Source: Candidatus Saccharimonadota bacterium (GTDB lineage Bacteria > Patescibacteriota > Saccharimonadia > Saccharimonadales > Saccharimonadaceae). From it: a DNA stretch of 32,000 nt. Where the stretch lies: NCBI RefSeq assembly GCF_025273655.1, contig NZ_CP045921.1, positions 120,001-152,000 of the forward strand. Direction: 5' to 3'. The notes beneath the pieces were generated by a model. That model saw only the letters and a program-made list of their open reading frames with translations. It ran no database searches and was not told the origin of the DNA. Shown piece after piece: positions 7,827 to 14,957 of the stretch. The first letter of the stretch is position 1. Every line of letters starts with the position of its first letter. The position numbers and the translations under genes were made by a program.

Positions 7827-7912
7827 ACGGTGTGTTTGTGTTGGGATATTTATATATACATTAGCATAATAATGTTAAAAAAGCAATGACACCGTGACTA
7901 GTATACGCAACA

Positions 7913-7932
7913 CGCCCGCAGCGAGGCGGGCG
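7913..7932 (-). terminator. GC-rich hairpin downstream of rpsT
   Basis: cgcccgc-agcgag-gcgggcg (7-bp stem). The U-tract on the minus strand is weak. Confidence 0.4.
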
Positions 7933-7951
7933 CGAGTGAGGTGTGCGAGGG

Positions 7952-8341
7952 TTATTTAGCTGCTTTTTTAGCAACAGGCTTCTTAGCAGCTGGTTTTGCG
8001 GTGGTCTTGGTAGCTGCTTTCTTTGGAGCGGCTTTAGCTGTAGCAGGCTTTTTGGCTGCGGCTGGCTTAGCAGTTGCTTTTTTGGCTGCAGTCGGTTTGA
8101 CACCAGCGTCTTTCGCAGCCTTTGCAAGTGCGGCTTTGCGGCGGCTAGCGGTATTTTTCTTGATCAGGCCTTTTTTGACGGCTTTGTCGAGTTCGCTTTG
8201 TGCTTTTGCGGCGGTTTCGGCGGTTGGCTTAACAGCAAAAGCTTTGTTGGCACTTTTGATGTCTTTTTTGATACCGACATTGCGCTCGCGACGCACGATC
8301 GTCTGTTTCATTCGCTTGATAGCACTTTTGATGATTGGCAT
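7952..8341 (-). CDS. rpsT: 30S ribosomal protein S20 with Lys/Ala/Pro-rich C-terminal extension
   Basis: 129 aa. MPIIKSAIKRMKQ...RN S20 signature. About 47 aa of AKKPAAK-type tail. SD GAGG and a TGTATAAT box (8385-8392 on the minus strand) lie upstream. Confidence 0.9.
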   Translation of the reverse strand: MPIIKSAIKRMKQTIVRRERNVGIKKDIKSANKAFAVKPTAETAAKAQSELDKAVKKGLIKKNTASRRKAALAKAAKDAGVKPTAAKKATAKPAAAKKPATAKAAPKKAATKTTAKPAAKKPVAKKAAK

Positions 8342-8435
8342 GTAGGGTTACCTCTTATAAGTTTGTTATTGCAATCAAGAGTGAATTATACAGAAAATCC
8401 GGGGAAATGTAAAGCAGGGGACTCGGGCAATATAG

Positions 8436-8465
8436 TTGACGAGTAGACAAAGCTTATGGTACAGT
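8436..8465 (+). promoter_or_regulatory. Candidate promoter TTGACG-18-TACAGT for the DHH-like gene
   Basis: TTGACG 8436-8441 and TACAGT 8460-8465. The predicted TSS lies downstream of ATG 8456, which favours ATG 8510 as the start. Confidence 0.4.
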
Positions 8466-8509
8466 GGTACCAAAATCTAGATAAAACACAAAAATTCAAG
8501 GAACAACAG

Positions 8510-10498
8510 ATGAACGACACAGGCGCAAAGCAGCAAATCGTCGATACGATCCAGGGTGCGGATACGATATTAGTTACCGTGAGCGCAGATCCATCGGTCG
8601 ACGAGTTATCAGCGGCGCTTGGCCTCACAATGTATCTCAACGATATGGGTAAGCATGCTACGGCAGTGATGAGTGGTGCGCTGCCGCCCGCTATCACTTT
8701 CCTAGAGCCAGAGAAGACATTTGAGCCGACTGTCGATAGTCTACGCGATTTCGTGATTGCACTCGATAAGGAAAAGGCTGACCACTTGCGCTATAAGGTT
8801 GAGGGCGACGTGGTGAAGATTTTTATCACCCCCTACAAGACAGTGATTACCGACAAAGACTTGCAGTTCACCCAAGGAGATTACAATGTCGAGATGGTGA
8901 TTGCACTCGGCGTGACGGATCAGGATCACCTCGACAAGGCACTGGCTGCGCATGGCAAAATCTTCCATGATGCTTCGGTAGCAACTGTGGGTCTGAGCCA
9001 GAGTACACTTGGTACAATCGACTGGACTGACGAGTCTGCTAGTAGTGTGTCAGAGCTCACAACGAGTCTCATCGATGGACTCAAAAGTGAAGAGCACCCG
9101 GTATCGTCGCAAGTAGCGAGCTCACTTCTGACCGGTATCGTAGCGGCGACTGATCGTTTCAGCAACGATAATACATCGGCGCGCACGATGTCACTGGCTG
9201 GTGAACTGATGGCATCAGGTGCCAACCAGCAACTTATCGCATCGAAACTGCGTGAAGGTGCCAAACTACCGCTTCAAGATGACGGTAGGACCAAAAAAAT
9301 CGACAAGTCTACCCCAGAGAAAAGTAAGCCCTCCGACGAGCAGCCAAAGCGTCGTGATGGTGGTCTGAGTATCGCGCACGACGCCGAGCAGGAAGACGCG
9401 CCAGAGACACCAAAACCACGAGCCAAATCTGCTCCCAAGAAACCGATGATTGAACCACTCACTGCACAGCCGAGTGATAATCCAACTGAGGTGCTTGATC
9501 ATGCGCTCAAAAAGGCTGAAGCAGATCGCAGCGCGGCAGCCGAGCAGCAGACAGACGATCTCATCGCGTCGGTCACCGAGGAAGCAAATGCGGCCAAATC
9601 AGTAGAGGACGTCCTGTCTGAGCAGCTTGCAGCTGTGGCACCTCCTGCTGCACCAATTGCCGACGAGCTTCAACAGGCAGCTCCAGATGAGCCGAAGCTC
9701 AGCCCAGCCAAATCGCTTGTAGACACGCCAGATACAGAGGAGCCATCGTTTGGGGGTACACTGAATGCTACCGCCGAAGCCGCCGCCGAAGACAAACGAA
9801 ACGCTGATTTGAATCGCAACAAGACGATTTTGTCACACGAAAGCGGGCAATATGTCGGCGATACTCAGCCAACGTTTGAATCACCGCTCAATGCTGCGGG
9901 TCAGACAGGTGAGCAGCCATCGATAGATCCATTTGCGCCAGTGACCACCGCGCCAGCTGCCCCTATCGCACCGTTGAACCCGTTGCCACCGCTTGAGCCT
10001 ATTGCGCCAGCAACCCCTACGGGTACGCTTGCAGATATTGATCAACAAAACCGTGCCACCGAGGCGATCGTACCGGATGCATCTTCTGCTGATGCCGCGC
10101 AGAGCGCGCTCGACGCTGTTATCCAGGCAGCGCCCGACCCTCAACCATTCAACCCGCTCGATGTCATAGAGACGGCGGCGCCAGCGCCAGCTCCTCAGCT
10201 CGACAATACACCTACGGAGGGTGCACCCATGACACCGCCACCACCGCCGATGCCAGATTTTGCGCAGCTTCCACCTCTCCCGCCACCGGTCTTCCCGGCG
10301 AGTAGCGGTGTAGATATACCAGAGACACCAAGCGCGCCTGCTTTGCCGCCATTGGAGCCACAAGCGCCAGAGCTACCGCAAGCACCACTACCTCCGGAGC
10401 AACTCGGCAGTGTGCTGCCCGAGGCACCAAGTTTGCCGCCCGCACAAGACGCAGGCCCAACCGATCCTAAACAGTTTAGAATCCCCGGCCAGCAGTAG
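8510..10498 (+). CDS. DHH-family (NrnA-like) domain protein with degenerate catalytic motifs and ~400-aa Pro/Ala/Glu-rich disordered tail
   Basis: 662 aa from ATG 8510 (SD AAGGAA; alternative ATG 8456). WTDESASSVSE and GIVAATDRF segments resemble NrnA-type DHH domains. The DHH position reads FHD. No DHHA1/GGGH region is present. Confidence 0.75.
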   Translation: MNDTGAKQQIVDTIQGADTILVTVSADPSVDELSAALGLTMYLNDMGKHATAVMSGALPPAITFLEPEKTFEPTVDSLRDFVIALDKEKADHLRYKVEGDVVKIFITPYKTVITDKDLQFTQGDYNVEMVIALGVTDQDHLDKALAAHGKIFHDASVATVGLSQSTLGTIDWTDESASSVSELTTSLIDGLKSEEHPVSSQVASSLLTGIVAATDRFSNDNTSARTMSLAGELMASGANQQLIASKLREGAKLPLQDDGRTKKIDKSTPEKSKPSDEQPKRRDGGLSIAHDAEQEDAPETPKPRAKSAPKKPMIEPLTAQPSDNPTEVLDHALKKAEADRSAAAEQQTDDLIASVTEEANAAKSVEDVLSEQLAAVAPPAAPIADELQQAAPDEPKLSPAKSLVDTPDTEEPSFGGTLNATAEAAAEDKRNADLNRNKTILSHESGQYVGDTQPTFESPLNAAGQTGEQPSIDPFAPVTTAPAAPIAPLNPLPPLEPIAPATPTGTLADIDQQNRATEAIVPDASSADAAQSALDAVIQAAPDPQPFNPLDVIETAAPAPAPQLDNTPTEGAPMTPPPPPMPDFAQLPPLPPPVFPASSGVDIPETPSAPALPPLEPQAPELPQAPLPPEQLGSVLPEAPSLPPAQDAGPTDPKQFRIPGQQ

Positions 10499-10504
10499 TA
10501 CACA

Positions 10505-10532
10505 AAACCACCGCAATTAAGCGGTGGTTTTG
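10505..10532. terminator. Bidirectional rho-independent terminator between convergent genes
   Basis: aaaaccaccgc-aattaa-gcggtggtttt. The perfect stem is flanked by an A-run and a T-run. It abuts the stop codon of the minus-strand gene at 10533. Confidence 0.75.
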
Positions 10533-11219
10533 CTATGTGCGTATGATGAAATGGTTGACTGCCACTTGGTCGCCATGCGCGGCCAAGTGTGCCTCGCCAT
10601 CGCCGCGCTGCGAATGATGACAGCGGATGATATCACGCACTGTGTCTAGTGCTGCGCGGGCATCGACCGTCTCGTTGATCTCACTTAGACTACGTCCGGC
10701 AGGCATGTAGATCCAGTCAATGTTGTGTGTAGGAAACATATCACGCGAGACGCATGCGTAGCGGATGCGACTGAGTGCTAGCCCTTCGCTCTTGAGGGTG
10801 TAGTAGGCGTGTGTGGCTGCGCGCGAGGCAACCGTGTGGTCGATATGGCCGGTGATGCCATTGTCGTCTATTGTCATGAATTCCACTTCGTACTCCCCAC
10901 CATGCTGCGAGGCGATATCGCGCACGATACGAGCAATGCGCTGTTGAGCGTCGATGAGTGTTGTATTGCACAAGCAGCCGTCGTCGTAGCCTAGATGGTG
11001 TGTCGCGGTGGCACCAATCAACTCTGCCGCCGCCTGCCATTCAGCTAGTCGGACTGTACCCAGCTCTATATGTGACTCACTGTTGATGCCTGCCGCTCCA
11101 TTTGTAAGAGTGATGAGGTGGAGCTCAGTGCCGCTCCGTGTCTCAAGCACTAATGTACCGCTCGGCCCGAACGCTTCATCGTCAGGATGTGCGAAGACGG
11201 CAAAGAGGAGTTTTTTCAT
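10533..11219 (-). CDS. PIG-L/LmbE-family N-acetylglucosaminyl deacetylase
   Basis: 228 aa from the internal ATG (MKKLLFAVFAHPDDEAFGPSG, the PIG-L signature), plus HxDH-type motif GHIDH. The 77-codon upstream extension in the track overlaps truB and was trimmed. Confidence 0.85.
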   Translation of the reverse strand: MKKLLFAVFAHPDDEAFGPSGTLVLETRSGTELHLITLTNGAAGINSESHIELGTVRLAEWQAAAELIGATATHHLGYDDGCLCNTTLIDAQQRIARIVRDIASQHGGEYEVEFMTIDDNGITGHIDHTVASRAATHAYYTLKSEGLALSRIRYACVSRDMFPTHNIDWIYMPAGRSLSEINETVDARAALDTVRDIIRCHHSQRGDGEAHLAAHGDQVAVNHFIIRT

Positions 11220-11225
11220 ATATTT

Positions 11226-11233
11226 AGTATACT
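11226..11233. promoter_or_regulatory. Palindromic AGTATACT: shared -10 element for divergent PIG-L and truB
   Basis: It reads TATACT on both strands, 8 nt before the truB ATG (11242) and 6 nt before the PIG-L ATG (11219, minus strand). Confidence 0.45.
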
Positions 11234-11241
11234 TGATAGCG

Positions 11242-11901
11242 ATGACCGACGGAATTATTCTGATAGATAAACCAGCCGATATGACGAGCTTCGGTGTAGT
11301 AGCGCGTGTACGGCGAGTGCTGAGCAAGCAATCTGGCAAAAAGGTCAAGGTGGGGCACTGTGGTACGCTTGATCCGTTTGCAACAGGACTGCTCATACTC
11401 TGCGTCGGCAAAGAGTGTAAAAACGCAGGTACGTATATGAAGCATGACAAGGTCTATGAGGCAACGTTTCGCTTAGGGCAGAAGAGCTCAACTGGTGACC
11501 CTGAAGGCGAACTGATCGACGTTTCTGACAAAGTGCCGACGAGAGATGAGATAGTAGCGGCACTTCAGCAGTTTACCGGTGACATTCAGCAGCGCCCGCC
11601 CATCTTCAGTGCACTTAAGATAGACGGGGTGCGCGCGTACAAGCTGGCGCGTGACGGCCGGAAGGTTGAGATTCCGCTGCGTACAGTGACAATTCATAGT
11701 TTGGAGCTGGTCGACTACAATTATCCAGACCTCAAAGTGCGCACACATGTTAGTAGCGGTACCTACATCCGTAGTCTTGGCGTCGATATAGGCCAGGCGC
11801 TTGGTACGGGTGCCTACTGCAGTCAACTCCGCCGTACGAGTATCGCTGACTGGCAGGTGAGTGACGCACGGGTGCTGGCAGATTTCGGTGTAAGTTCCTA
11901 G
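11242..11901 (+). CDS. truB: tRNA pseudouridine(55) synthase TruB (short form, no obvious PUA domain)
   Basis: 219 aa from ATG 11242. GIILIDKP..MTS and catalytic-Asp motif GHCGTLDPFATGLL. Confidence 0.9.
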   Translation: MTDGIILIDKPADMTSFGVVARVRRVLSKQSGKKVKVGHCGTLDPFATGLLILCVGKECKNAGTYMKHDKVYEATFRLGQKSSTGDPEGELIDVSDKVPTRDEIVAALQQFTGDIQQRPPIFSALKIDGVRAYKLARDGRKVEIPLRTVTIHSLELVDYNYPDLKVRTHVSSGTYIRSLGVDIGQALGTGAYCSQLRRTSIADWQVSDARVLADFGVSS

Positions 11902-12009
11902 CATCGGCTACCAGGTATCCAATATTTCCCCTGGGTCAATCTCGAACAAGATCGTCAGGAGTTGTGTTGCTAACATGTAGCGTATTTGAGGGCAGCGCGG
12001 TTCGAGCGG

Positions 12010-12038
12010 TTGCAGCCTCTGTAAAAATCTGCTACAAT
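12010..12038 (+). promoter_or_regulatory. rpsO promoter TTGCAG-17-TGcTACAAT
   Basis: -35 at 12010-12015, extended -10 with TACAAT at 12033-12038, and ATG 7 nt downstream (12046). No SD is present. Confidence 0.5.
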
Positions 12039-12045
12039 AGCCCGG

Positions 12046-12312
12046 ATGATTACTAAAGAGAACAAGCAGAAAGCGATTGCTTTGACTCAGGTCAGCAAGA
12101 ACGATGTCGGCAGCCCGCAGGCGCAGGTATCTATCTTGACGGCTCGTATCAAAGAAGTTACAGAGCATCTTAAAGCCAACAAGCATGACTTTATGGCTCG
12201 TCGCGGCTTGGTGCAGATGGTAGGACGCCGCAAGCGTCTCCTCAAATACCTTGAGCGTACTGACTTCGATGCCTACAAGGCAACCGTTTCGAAACTTGGA
12301 CTACGCAAATAG
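12046..12312 (+). CDS. rpsO: 30S ribosomal protein S15
   Basis: 88 aa. GSPQAQVSILTARI..L..HLK.NKHD..RRGL..MVGRRKRLLKYL is the S15 signature. Confidence 0.95.
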   Translation: MITKENKQKAIALTQVSKNDVGSPQAQVSILTARIKEVTEHLKANKHDFMARRGLVQMVGRRKRLLKYLERTDFDAYKATVSKLGLRK

Positions 12313-12320
12313 TGCGAGTT

Positions 12321-12360
12321 CAAACAAAAAAGTCCCGCCAAGTCGGGACATTTTTGTTTG
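12321..12360 (+). terminator. Rho-independent terminator after rpsO
   Basis: caaacaaaaa-a-gtcccg-ccaagt-cgggac-a-tttttgtttg. GC stem extended by A/T arms, with a T-run following. Confidence 0.8.
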
Positions 12361-12380
12361 ACGTACCTGCTTGGTGAGTC

Positions 12381-12386
12381 TATACT
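12381..12386 (+). promoter_or_regulatory. TATACT -10 box, 9 nt upstream of the pilin ATG
   Basis: gagtcTATACTaaagcctatATG. No SD. Confidence 0.35.
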
Positions 12387-12395
12387 AAAGCCTAT

Positions 12396-13172
12396 ATGAA
12401 GAGCAGGGGTGGATTCACGATTGTTGAGCTGCTTATCGTCGTAGTGGTGATGGGTATTCTCGCATCTATCACGATTGTCGCGTATAACGGGATCCAAGAC
12501 CGGGCTAAAAAAGCTTCCATATCTTTTGCTCTCGTGCAGTATAGTAAAAAAATTGTGACGTATCGCGCCCCGAATGGCACCGAAGAGTATCCACCCAACA
12601 AAGAAGCCGCGGGCGTGCAAGATGCAAACGGTATACAGTATCAGTACATCTCTACTTCTGCAAGCGACTACTGCTTGATGGCAACGAGCGGCTCATTGAA
12701 TTATATTATTTCAAGCACAAACCCGACAGTTCAGGCAGGAACATGTACGGGGTATAATATGCTCGTTTGGGATGAATCATCAAGTAGCGTTCCCATAACA
12801 AGCGGTGTGGCGGATACAAGTACCTATCGTAGTGCCCCAGCTTCAGTACGTATTGCGCCAAACATGACAGGTCGCATGTTGAGTGGTAGCCCCTATAGTG
12901 GCGACGTGGGTCAGACATATACTGTATCGTTATGGGTTAAAAGTGACACAAGCTGGAACGGCACGAATGACAATTCAAAGATACGTTTCGGTAATGGCTC
13001 AAGTGGTACGTTGTTGCAGGCTTGTGGGTATGGGGGCGTGAAGGCCGACTGGACTCAAGTTACATGTAGCTATACGCTTACAACGGGCAATACAAGTGTT
13101 GGTATTAGTGTTGGCAACAGCGGCACCATCGGCAACATCTGGATAGATGATATCTCTGTGTCTCGTACGTAA
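12396..13172 (+). CDS. Type IV pilin-like protein with C-terminal CBM4/9-like (jelly-roll lectin) domain
   Basis: 258 aa. Class III signal peptide MKSRGG/FTIVELLIVVVVMGILASI (Gly-1, Phe+1, Glu+5). The C-terminal half has GQTYTVSLWVKSD...DWTQV...NIWIDDISV, typical of CBM_4_9-type modules. Confidence 0.85.
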   Translation: MKSRGGFTIVELLIVVVVMGILASITIVAYNGIQDRAKKASISFALVQYSKKIVTYRAPNGTEEYPPNKEAAGVQDANGIQYQYISTSASDYCLMATSGSLNYIISSTNPTVQAGTCTGYNMLVWDESSSSVPITSGVADTSTYRSAPASVRIAPNMTGRMLSGSPYSGDVGQTYTVSLWVKSDTSWNGTNDNSKIRFGNGSSGTLLQACGYGGVKADWTQVTCSYTLTTGNTSVGISVGNSGTIGNIWIDDISVSRT

Positions 13173-13206
13173 CACAACCTTTCAGTTTATTTTGTGACGG
13201 CCTGGT

Positions 13207-13212
13207 TATAGT
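13207..13212 (+). promoter_or_regulatory. TATAGT -10 box, 7 nt upstream of the LCP ATG
   Basis: ggtTATAGTtcgaggtATG. Confidence 0.35.
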
Positions 13213-13219
13213 TCGAGGT

Positions 13220-14209
13220 ATGAAGATACCTTTGGCTTTCAAAATAATCCTGAGCAGTCTAGTGACACTTGGTGTCGTGGGTGGTGGCGTGTATGTATAT
13301 AGCTTGTATCACACCGCCGATGCGGCGGTAGCAAGCGTAGCGTCGAGCGGTAAACTCACCGACATACTCAAAGCCGAACCTTTAAATGGCGAAGAGACTG
13401 GGCGAGTAAATATATTGATCGCGGGTAATTCGACTGACGATCCGGGACATAGCGGGGCAGAACTGACCGATTCGCTGATGGTGGCGAGTATCGATGTGAC
13501 TACTAAGAAGATTTCACTGGTAAGTATTCCGCGTGATTTGTGGGTAACGTACGACGGTATGAGTACTAAGATCAATGCGGTGTATTTAAGCGGCGGCATG
13601 GACGGGCTGAAATCCGTAGTACAAGAAGTAACGGGTCTGACGATTAATCACACAGTGCTCATGAATTACGGCGCATTGAAAAATATGATCGACACCGTAG
13701 GTGGTATCGATGTGACAATCGAGAGCGATGATCCACGGGGTATCTATGACCCGATGATTGGCTTCAGTGTCGGCAATGGTGTGCAGCACCTCGACGGTAC
13801 ACAGGCGCTGCTGCTGGCGCGGTCACGCAACGATCCGACGTACGATGGGCGCATAGCTTACGGTTTGCCAAACGGCGACTTCGACCGGCAGGCTTACCAG
13901 CGCAAAATTGCCCAGGCGCTACTGACCAAGATCACGCATAGCACAGCCATCGTGAATCCGACCACATTGGCCAAGCTAGTGCAGAGTCTACAGGGCAATG
14001 TGACGACTGATTTGAGCGTAGGGCAGATCCGTCGATTGTACGATCTCGGTACCTCGTCGACACTCTCGCTCGTATCGATTCGTACCGATGCGACCGGTGG
14101 CTCACTCTTGGCGGATTACACTTCATATGATGGCCAGTCGGCATTGGTACCAGCGGCCGGAGCGGGTGTATACTCTGGTATCCAGGCCTATATCGTGTCA
14201 CAATTATGA
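13220..14209 (+). CDS. LytR-CpsA-Psr (LCP) family cell-wall glycopolymer transferase
   Basis: 329 aa. N-terminal TM anchor. LCP core VNILIAGNSTDD...LTDSLMVASID...ISLVSIPRDLWV...KINAVY. Confidence 0.9.
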   Translation: MKIPLAFKIILSSLVTLGVVGGGVYVYSLYHTADAAVASVASSGKLTDILKAEPLNGEETGRVNILIAGNSTDDPGHSGAELTDSLMVASIDVTTKKISLVSIPRDLWVTYDGMSTKINAVYLSGGMDGLKSVVQEVTGLTINHTVLMNYGALKNMIDTVGGIDVTIESDDPRGIYDPMIGFSVGNGVQHLDGTQALLLARSRNDPTYDGRIAYGLPNGDFDRQAYQRKIAQALLTKITHSTAIVNPTTLAKLVQSLQGNVTTDLSVGQIRRLYDLGTSSTLSLVSIRTDATGGSLLADYTSYDGQSALVPAAGAGVYSGIQAYIVSQL

Positions 14210-14919
14210 GAGTGAATAGGAATTATCAAGTTCGACGCCGGCGGCCGGTAGCTACAACTCCACCGAAGCGTGTCTGGAGTCGGCGAAAACTCAGCCTACT
14301 AGTCGCTACATTGGTAGTAGGTGGTGTCGTGTGGCAGCTGGCGGCTCATCGTGATACGGCACCGGCTGTAGAGTCGACCCAGCAAGCGGTGCTGAGTTCG
14401 ACGCGAACGGATTTTCCAGTGATCGAGACGACGGGGTTTAGCGATACGCAGAAACGCGTATTGGCACTAGCGCAACAAGAATACCAGAAAAACCCGATTA
14501 ACTATGACAAGACAGTGATGAAATACACCGAAGGTTTTGAGGAGTCGTGGTGCGGTGATTTCATAAGCTGGGTATTTAACCAAGCAGGCACGCCGTTTGT
14601 GCATCCCGACACCAAATACTGGCGTATTCCTGGCGTACAGACACTCATGACGTATTACCAACAAGAGGGCGCGTATCATGAAATTGGCGATGGCTACAAA
14701 CCACAGATGGGTGATGTGGCATTTTATTTCGGTGAGACACCAGACGGTGGCAGCTCGGAGCATGTGGCCATGGTGCTCGAAGTGCGCGGTGATACGATAG
14801 TGACAATTGGCGGCAACGAGGGTGATGATGGTATACTGCGCGTGCGTTACGATAAGCTAGCGGCGGGCACCAAAGGCCTAGTGGCTATTGGCGCTTCGGG
14901 TATTGGTGTGAAATCCTGA
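14206..14919 (+). CDS. Membrane-anchored CHAP-domain peptidoglycan hydrolase/amidase
   Basis: 237 aa. TM anchor LSLLVATLVVGGVVW. CHAP Cys region WCGDFISWVF and His region SEHVAMV...GGNEGD. ATGA overlap with the LCP stop. Confidence 0.8.
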   Translation: MRVNRNYQVRRRRPVATTPPKRVWSRRKLSLLVATLVVGGVVWQLAAHRDTAPAVESTQQAVLSSTRTDFPVIETTGFSDTQKRVLALAQQEYQKNPINYDKTVMKYTEGFEESWCGDFISWVFNQAGTPFVHPDTKYWRIPGVQTLMTYYQQEGAYHEIGDGYKPQMGDVAFYFGETPDGGSSEHVAMVLEVRGDTIVTIGGNEGDDGILRVRYDKLAAGTKGLVAIGASGIGVKS

Positions 14920-14941
14920 TACTGCTTGTGTTATAAGATGT

Positions 14942-14947
14942 TATACT
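14942..14947 (+). promoter_or_regulatory. TATACT -10 box, 10 nt upstream of ABC ATPase ATG 14958
   Basis: tgtTATACTagtggtcagtATG. GTG 14949 from the track lies only 1 nt after the box. Confidence 0.35.
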
Positions 14948-14957
14948 AGTGGTCAGT

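Noticed and set aside
7941-8446. 134-aa and 167-aa plus-strand ORFs overlapping rpsT
   Set aside because: They arise as the complement of the Lys/Ala codon repeats of the S20 tail (GCT/TTT runs give A/F/L strings). The minus strand carries the diagnostic S20 N-terminus with an SD.
8456-8509. ATG 8456 as the start of the DHH-like protein
   Set aside because: It lies between the candidate -35 (8436) and -10 (8460) elements and has no SD. ATG 8510 has AAGGAA at proper spacing and matches the N-terminal length of NrnA-type proteins. It is kept as an alternative only.
9262-10503. Possible tandem-repeat or CRISPR-like periodicity, and minus-strand ORFs (9881-10363, 10195-10503, 10212-10460), in the GC-rich stretch
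   Set aside because: The periodicity is codon-level low complexity (Pro/Ala/Glu codons) within one continuous reading frame. There are no identical direct repeats separated by unique spacers. The antisense ORFs are artefacts of stop-codon depletion.
10533-11901. Long forms of the two divergent ORFs (305 aa minus, 297 aa plus) overlapping by 443 nt
   Set aside because: The conserved domains start at the internal ATGs (MKKLLFAVFAHPDDE at 11219; MTDGIILIDKP at 11242). The upstream extensions are just the complement of the neighbour's coding region.
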